The position numbers and the translations under genes are program-made. From an uncultured Gammaproteobacteria bacterium (GTDB taxonomy: Bacteria > Patescibacteriota > Microgenomatia > Daviesbacterales > UBA10151), in contig CAZFVS010000030.1 of assembly GCA_964522265.1 (NCBI GenBank), positions 1-10,671 on the forward strand: DNA of 10,671 nucleotides, given 5' to 3'. Shown in pieces: positions 5,756 to 10,671 of this stretch. The notes under the pieces are model-generated. The model ran no database searches, had not been told where the DNA came from, and saw only the letters and a list, made by a program, of their open reading frames with translations. Position 1 is the first letter of the stretch. The number at the start of each line of letters is the position of its first letter.

Positions 5756-5761
5756 ACTTTT

Positions 5762-6346
5762 ATGAGATTATATTACTTAATTTTAATTGTTATTTTGGCA
5801 ATTTTGGCTGCAAATTTTTTTGGACAGCCAAAATCAGGCACAATTGAATGTTATATTAACGGAAAACAAGTATTCACTACCAGAGAAGACTGCAAACAGC
5901 GAAGTATCCAAAAACAGACTGCTCCAACTATTACCACTCCGCAACCCATCTACCAAACTCCTGCACCTGTAAAAATCACCTGGGGCGGACCTGAGCTTTG
6001 GGATGCTGTCAATAAAAGAAGGGTGGAGAATGGTGTAAATGTGCTGCAGCAAAGAAGCGAACTCTGCACCATTGCTGCAATCAGGCTAAACCAGCTGCTT
6101 GAACTGGGTAAACTTGACGGCCATCAAGGTTTTGAAACCACCCTAAAAAGATCAGATATCGCCCCTATGGCCCAAAAATTTTCCAACATCAGTGAATTTT
6201 TAGTTGTAGGTTATTCCACACCAAAAGAAACCGTTGATGCTTGGGAGCATACTTTGGGGCATAAAGTGCTGGTAGCAGGGGGGGAATATGTTTGGGGTTG
6301 TATTTATGCCCAAGACAGTTTTGGAGTGGCAATAACAGCATATTAA
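5762..6346 (+). CDS. CAP/SCP (YkwD-like) domain protein with N-terminal membrane anchor
   Basis: Shortened from the track ORF 5615..6346, whose first 49 codons overlie the tRNA and hairpin. From M50 it reads MRLYYLILIVILAILAANFFG (anchor), then a Pro/Thr/Gln linker, then CAP-like blocks LWDAVNKRRVENGVNVL, GHQGF and DAWEHTLGHKVLV...YVWGCIY. Confidence 0.7.
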   Translation: MRLYYLILIVILAILAANFFGQPKSGTIECYINGKQVFTTREDCKQRSIQKQTAPTITTPQPIYQTPAPVKITWGGPELWDAVNKRRVENGVNVLQQRSELCTIAAIRLNQLLELGKLDGHQGFETTLKRSDIAPMAQKFSNISEFLVVGYSTPKETVDAWEHTLGHKVLVAGGEYVWGCIYAQDSFGVAITAY

Positions 6347-6349
6347 CTT

Positions 6350-8239
6350 ATGTACAAACCTATTTCTGAATATGGCATAATCGGCGACTGCAGAAGCTCT
6401 GCTTTAGTTTCAGACGAAGGCTCAATAGATTGGGCCTGTCTGCCTGATTTTGATTCCCCGGCCCAATTTTTAAAAATATTGGATGATGAAAAAGGAGGAT
6501 ACTTTAAAATATCACCTTTAGGTTTTTATCAGACAAACCAAAAGTACAAAGAAAATACCAATATCTTAACCACTGATTTTTTCAACCATCAAGGCAACGC
6601 CTATGTTACAGATTTTATGCCCAAAGATATAAAACATGAAGCATCCGGCAATATACCTGAGTACGGTACAAAAATAATCAGGCTGGTCAAAGCCTTACAA
6701 GGCAAACATGAATTTGAGCTGGAGTTAAAAATTACACCCAATTTCGCCTTGGGAAAAATCTCAATCAGCCAAAAAGACGGGCGGGTAATAATTCAAGATG
6801 ACAATTTTCAATATATTCTTTTTAAAAAACATCATCATACTGAGGTTTCAAACGGGGTAGTAAAAATCAACTTCAGATTAAACGAAGGAGAACAGGAATT
6901 TTTTGCACTGGATTTCTACCCCAAAAACCACCGGGTTGAGGATTTAACCAAACAGGAGGTCAATGAAAAATTAGCGGATCTCTATTTTAAAACAGCTGAA
7001 TTTTGGGAATGGTGGACCTCCCTTTGCAAATACAGGGGTGCTTATTTTGAACAGGTTTTAAGATCTGCATTAACCCTGAAACTTCTCACGTACACCCCAA
7101 CAGGTGCAGTTGTGGCTGCACCAACTACATCTTTGCCGGAAAAGGTGAGAGGAAACTTAAATTGGGACTACCGTTATACCTGGCTTCGGGATGCTTCTTT
7201 TACAGTTTATGCGTTTTTAGGATTAGGTTATATTGAGGAGGCCAAACGGTTTATAGGCTGGCTGGAAAAAGTCTGCTTGAAAGAAGCTGACAACCTAAAA
7301 ATTATGTATACGATCAGGGGTGGGAAAGAGCTTAGGGAAAAACCCCTGAAACATTTAAAAGGGTACATGAACTCCAAACCGGTTAGGATCGGCAACGGCG
7401 CTTCAAACCAGAAACAGTTTGATATCTTCGGGGAGATACTGACAGCCATCAGCTTGTTTGTTCATTTAGAAGGCAAGTTGTCTGAACCCATGAAAGATTT
7501 TGTTGTAAAACTGGTCAATTTTTGTGTACTGCACTGGCAGGAAAAAGATACCGGCATTTGGGAGACCCGAAATGGGGAAAGACACAACACTTATTCAAAA
7601 CTGATGTGCTGGGCTGGAATAGACCGCGGCATCAGGATTGCCAAAAAGTTAAAATTTACTGGTATTAATTTAATATATTGGGAAAAAACCCGGGAAAAGA
7701 TTAAGAAAGATTTGTTAAAAAACGGTTATAATAGGGAACTTCATGCTTTTACTGCCTATTACAACTCAAAAACGCTGGACAGCGGCACTTTAAATATTCC
7801 AATTGTTGGGCTTTTGCCTCCGGATGACAGAAGAGTGCTTGATACTATCAATCAGATTATGCATACACTGGTTGTTGACTGGTTTGTGCTGCGGACGTCT
7901 GACACCGACAATAAGCTGCAAAAAGGTGAGGGGACTTTTTTCCTGTCCACTTTTTGGCTTATAGATTGTTTATCCCTGCTGGGAAAAGTTGACGAGGCAA
8001 AAATCTGGATTGAAAGGATCATCCATGATGCTACCCCTTTGGGGTTATACGCTGAAGAGTTTGACCCTTACACCAAAAGCCATCTGGGCAATTTCCCTCA
8101 GGCTTTTACCCATTTAGGATTTATAAATTCTGTTTTAAATTTAAAACAGGCTGAGGTATTCGGAAAAGAAAGTCAAGCCACTACCCAATCAGACAGGCTG
8201 GCAAAAGTCTTCAAAAGCCTTCTTGGTGTTAAAAATTGA
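6350..8239 (+). CDS. Glycoside hydrolase family 15 protein (glucoamylase/trehalase-type)
   Basis: 629 aa. The N-terminus is ISEYGIIGDCRSSALVSDEGSIDWACLPDFDSPAQF. Further family blocks are NWDYRYTWLRDASFTVYAF, DTGIWETRNGERHNTYSKLMCWAGIDRG and EEFDPYTKSHLGNFPQAFTHLGFINS. All are characteristic bacterial/archaeal GH15 blocks. The start lies 3 nt after the upstream stop. Confidence 0.92.
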   Translation: MYKPISEYGIIGDCRSSALVSDEGSIDWACLPDFDSPAQFLKILDDEKGGYFKISPLGFYQTNQKYKENTNILTTDFFNHQGNAYVTDFMPKDIKHEASGNIPEYGTKIIRLVKALQGKHEFELELKITPNFALGKISISQKDGRVIIQDDNFQYILFKKHHHTEVSNGVVKINFRLNEGEQEFFALDFYPKNHRVEDLTKQEVNEKLADLYFKTAEFWEWWTSLCKYRGAYFEQVLRSALTLKLLTYTPTGAVVAAPTTSLPEKVRGNLNWDYRYTWLRDASFTVYAFLGLGYIEEAKRFIGWLEKVCLKEADNLKIMYTIRGGKELREKPLKHLKGYMNSKPVRIGNGASNQKQFDIFGEILTAISLFVHLEGKLSEPMKDFVVKLVNFCVLHWQEKDTGIWETRNGERHNTYSKLMCWAGIDRGIRIAKKLKFTGINLIYWEKTREKIKKDLLKNGYNRELHAFTAYYNSKTLDSGTLNIPIVGLLPPDDRRVLDTINQIMHTLVVDWFVLRTSDTDNKLQKGEGTFFLSTFWLIDCLSLLGKVDEAKIWIERIIHDATPLGLYAEEFDPYTKSHLGNFPQAFTHLGFINSVLNLKQAEVFGKESQATTQSDRLAKVFKSLLGVKN

Positions 8240-8960
8240 CTTTTATTCTTGCTCCCTGAATGTAAGCCTCATACCCGGTCAATGATTTTATCTGGAATTT
8301 ATAGGTTTTCTTGCTGCTTCCCAAGGTAAATGTCTGGGAAGACACCCAGCTAAAATTCTCTGCTGCTGTTGAAACCTCGGAAGAAAGCACCGCAGTACCT
8401 GCGCTTGAGTCATAGAGCCTGGCAAAAACTTTTCCGTTGCCGCTTAAAACTTTAATTTGCGCTTCAAGCTGCATGCTGGTAGACCCGGGAAAACTGGCAG
8501 GGTCAACAGTAATATCGATATTGTTTGCTACAACCCAATCTCTTGCCGTAGTTGAATCACCTGACCCCAAAGATAATATATAAACAGGGGGTTGTTTGGT
8601 TTGGGTTTGTGAAGGGCTGCTTAAGTTAGCGGATGATCCCCCTTCCAGTTTCTTCACCCTTCCCTGCAGATCCGAGACACCAACCTCAAGGCTGTTTAGC
8701 CTGGCTTCAGTGTTTGTGGCAGAGGATTGCGCATCTTTCACACCATTTGTGCCGGAAACAGAGGTGGTCACCCCGATTTTGCCGGCAAGCTCCAGCACTG
8801 CCCCCTCCAGTGTTTTAATCCTCTGGTCATAATTTTTGTCAAACTGATTTTCTAAACTTTGTGCCGGGTTTGACGGACTTTCCTGTTTAAAATAATTAAA
8901 ATATACAAAGACCCCTAAAACAGCAGCAACCAGCACCACCAAGGGCAGCAACTTAATCAT
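8229..8960 (-). CDS. Hypothetical membrane-anchored protein with a coiled-coil stalk and a C-terminal beta-rich domain
   Basis: Track ORF is 8229..8984. ATG 8960 gives MIKLLPLVVLVAAVLGVFVYF, a better signal-anchor. The protein has heptad-like LEGAVLELAGK and LNSLEVGVSDLQGRVKKLEG stretches, a Ser/Thr/Gln linker, then an alternating-pattern C-terminal domain. I recognise no family. Confidence 0.65.
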   Translation of the reverse strand: MIKLLPLVVLVAAVLGVFVYFNYFKQESPSNPAQSLENQFDKNYDQRIKTLEGAVLELAGKIGVTTSVSGTNGVKDAQSSATNTEARLNSLEVGVSDLQGRVKKLEGGSSANLSSPSQTQTKQPPVYILSLGSGDSTTARDWVVANNIDITVDPASFPGSTSMQLEAQIKVLSGNGKVFARLYDSSAGTAVLSSEVSTAAENFSWVSSQTFTLGSSKKTYKFQIKSLTGYEAYIQGARIKVNF

Positions 8961-9014
8961 ACTTAAATAATACAACAAAACCATAATTTTAGTGTGTGTT
9001 AAGATTGATTGGAA

Positions 9015-9809
9015 ATGAAAAAATATTGGGTGTATTTTAAAAGCTGCTACCAGTCCAGGCTGGAGTACAGAGGAGATATGGTAATATACAGCCTCAGCAG
9101 CTCACTTACCCCCATGATGGGTCTGGCGTTGTGGCTGACAACTGCAAATTTCGGCAGATTACCCTTTTCTGATACCGAGCTGATTGCATATTTTATAGCA
9201 GTAATTTATATAGGTATTGCTTCAGAGATGTGGCAATCCTGGTTTGTTGCAGAAAATGTCAATGACGGTACATTTTCTACATACCTATTAAAACCTTTCC
9301 ACCCAATTATGCGTTATATCATCGATAATTTCAGTGATAAAATTTTTAAAATGACCATTGTTACTATTATTTTATTTTCTGCACATTTTTTAATCCCCCA
9401 AACAGTCTGGGGACAGTTTAACTTTTCCCCTCTAATCATTGCTTTAACGTTACTTTCTTTAAGCTTAGGTTATATCATGATGTTTTTACTGGAATATTCC
9501 ATTGGCCTTTCTGCGGTTTGGTTTTACGATATCGGGTTTTTAAAAACCTGGATAGACTTAACTTACACAATTTTTGCCGGCAGGCTTATTCCTTTAATCT
9601 TTTTCCCCGTTGCTCTACTTAATTTTTCAATATTGTTGCCCTTCAGATATACCGTATCTTTTCCTGTTGAAATAATCCTGGGAAAGCTTTCATCCAGTCA
9701 GATAGTCCTGGGTTTTATTATAGAAATTTTTTGGGTTGGGGCAATTTTTTTAATTTACAAATTAATTTATAAAAAATTTGCTAAAGATTTTCAGGGACAC
9801 GGATCATGA
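9015..9809 (+). CDS. ABC-2 family transporter permease (DUF990/COG4587-like)
   Basis: The N-terminus YWVYFKSCYQSRLEYRGDMVIYSL resembles the conserved start of this permease family. About six hydrophobic segments are present. The track start at 9009 is a TTG, and ATG 9015 is preferred. Confidence 0.75.
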   Translation: MKKYWVYFKSCYQSRLEYRGDMVIYSLSSSLTPMMGLALWLTTANFGRLPFSDTELIAYFIAVIYIGIASEMWQSWFVAENVNDGTFSTYLLKPFHPIMRYIIDNFSDKIFKMTIVTIILFSAHFLIPQTVWGQFNFSPLIIALTLLSLSLGYIMMFLLEYSIGLSAVWFYDIGFLKTWIDLTYTIFAGRLIPLIFFPVALLNFSILLPFRYTVSFPVEIILGKLSSSQIVLGFIIEIFWVGAIFLIYKLIYKKFAKDFQGHGS

Positions 9810-10591
9810 TCAGATATATTAAAATTCTATTTTCACTGATCAACATCTCGTTTAAAAGATATCTGGAAAACCGCGCCAATGCTTTTGGGACACTGCTTGC
9901 TGCACTTATCCAATTTTCGATCATCATAATCTTTATTTCCATAGTTTTTAACTACACCAAACAGGTTAACGGTTGGAGCCAAAATGAGATGCTTTTTTTA
10001 GCAGCTGTTTATAGGATAACCTTTGGCCTATTTTATATGCTGGCGCAAAGGGGGATTACTTTTTTGTGGGAATATATACGACTGGGCAACCTGGATTATC
10101 TTTTGACTAAACCGATTAATTCACAGTTTTATATCACCTTTCGCGGAACCCGTCCGTTTGAATTTGTCAATATTTTGCTGGGGATAGCATTGTTGTCTTA
10201 CATACTGCCTAAATTAGGGCTGACAAACAATTACTTCACATATATTGTCCTGCTTTTTAATTTAAGCTGCGGCCTGATAATTTTTTATTCAATTTATTAT
10301 ATGATCGCAACACTTTCAATCTGGATAATAAACTTTTACTCACTGGGAAGCCTCTATTACATTATTACCAATCCCTTAACCTTTCCCACCAATATCTACG
10401 GAAAAACATTTACATTTTTTATGACTTTCGTCTTACCTTTAGGGCTAGTCATCTCTACGCCTGTTGAGATTTTTCTGAGACATGCCTATGCGCTAATATT
10501 TTTTGAGATACTTTTTGCAGCATTATTTTTTTACCTTTCAACCCGTTTTTGGAATTTTGCCCTAAAACACTACACTTCCGCCAGCAGCTAG
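9806..10591 (+). CDS. ABC-2 family transporter permease, second subunit (COG3694-like)
   Basis: ATGA overlap with the previous gene. KRYLENRANAFGTLLAALIQF is the paralogous N-terminal motif. The protein has multiple TM segments and is the same size as its partner. Confidence 0.75.
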   Translation: MIRYIKILFSLINISFKRYLENRANAFGTLLAALIQFSIIIIFISIVFNYTKQVNGWSQNEMLFLAAVYRITFGLFYMLAQRGITFLWEYIRLGNLDYLLTKPINSQFYITFRGTRPFEFVNILLGIALLSYILPKLGLTNNYFTYIVLLFNLSCGLIIFYSIYYMIATLSIWIINFYSLGSLYYIITNPLTFPTNIYGKTFTFFMTFVLPLGLVISTPVEIFLRHAYALIFFEILFAALFFYLSTRFWNFALKHYTSASS

Positions 10592-10640
10592 CCTCGAAAG
10601 GGGAGTAACAAACCCACACTTTCTTGGTTACAATATATCC

Positions 10641-10671
10641 ATGGAAGAACCCATCATAAAAGTTGGTGATT
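10641..10671 (+). CDS. 5' end of an unidentified gene (possibly the ABC ATPase of the transporter)
   Basis: ATG 10641 opens MEEPIIKVGD..., which runs off the right edge. The start resembles ABC ATPase N-termini, but 10 codons cannot identify it. Confidence 0.25.
   Translation, partial: MEEPIIKVGD

Noticed and set aside
5683-5757. A second, degenerate tRNA or tRNA pseudogene downstream of tRNA-Trp, suggested by the repeated acceptor 3' strand at tRNA-like spacing
   Set aside because: No cloverleaf can be drawn. The only 5' partner is a 4-bp CGGG/CCCG pairing. There is no D-arm or T-arm, and the single 38-nt hairpin has a 3-nt loop with no anticodon-loop geometry.
5615-5761. N-terminal 49 codons of track ORF 5615..6346, and overlapping ORFs 5623..5847 and 5787..5972
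   Set aside because: This stretch is occupied by tRNA-Trp and the GC-rich hairpin. The translation (HRGSAPAKPRQRRAKPEG) is Arg/Pro/Ala-rich junk, typical of reading through GC-rich RNA structure. A proper signal-anchor begins at M50 (5762).
1-10671. Alternative genetic code (UGA recoded, as in some candidate phyla), CRISPR arrays and mobile-element genes
   Set aside because: The genes at 517, 1485, 2338, 3103, 6350 and 9015 terminate at TGA at positions consistent with family lengths, so UGA is a stop. I saw no regularly spaced repeat-spacer array, transposase, integrase or terminal inverted repeats.

Overview
AT-rich bacterial window using the standard genetic code (several genes end in TGA). 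Genes are tightly packed and almost none has a Shine-Dalgarno sequence. The style resembles a reduced Patescibacteria/CPR-like genome, but that is inference only. Left to right: (i) the 5' end of a class II-type Fic gene on the minus strand, whose consensus-like promoter is interleaved with three phased heptamer repeats; (ii) a divergent three-gene operon of a motif-degenerate NadE-like PP-loop protein, a carbon-nitrogen hydrolase and a GNAT acetyltransferase; (iii) a GC-rich structured island; (iv) rpmG (L33), which is missing from the ORF track; (v) two orphan envelope proteins; (vi) tRNA-Trp(CCA), also missing from the track and masked by a spurious ORF extension, followed by a very GC-rich hairpin and a 10-nt copy of the tRNA 3' end; (vii) a CAP/YkwD-like secreted protein and a GH15 glycoside hydrolase; (viii) a convergent membrane-anchored coiled-coil protein; (ix) two ABC-2-type permeases and the first codons of a further gene. 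No CRISPR array, transposase, integrase or recognisable defence gene is visible. The points most worth follow-up are the split, order-inverted, PP-loop-degenerate NadE-like/nitrilase/GNAT module and the recurring GCGAAGCC-bearing GC islands next to rpmG and tRNA-Trp. All homology statements rest on by-eye motif recognition, not searches.
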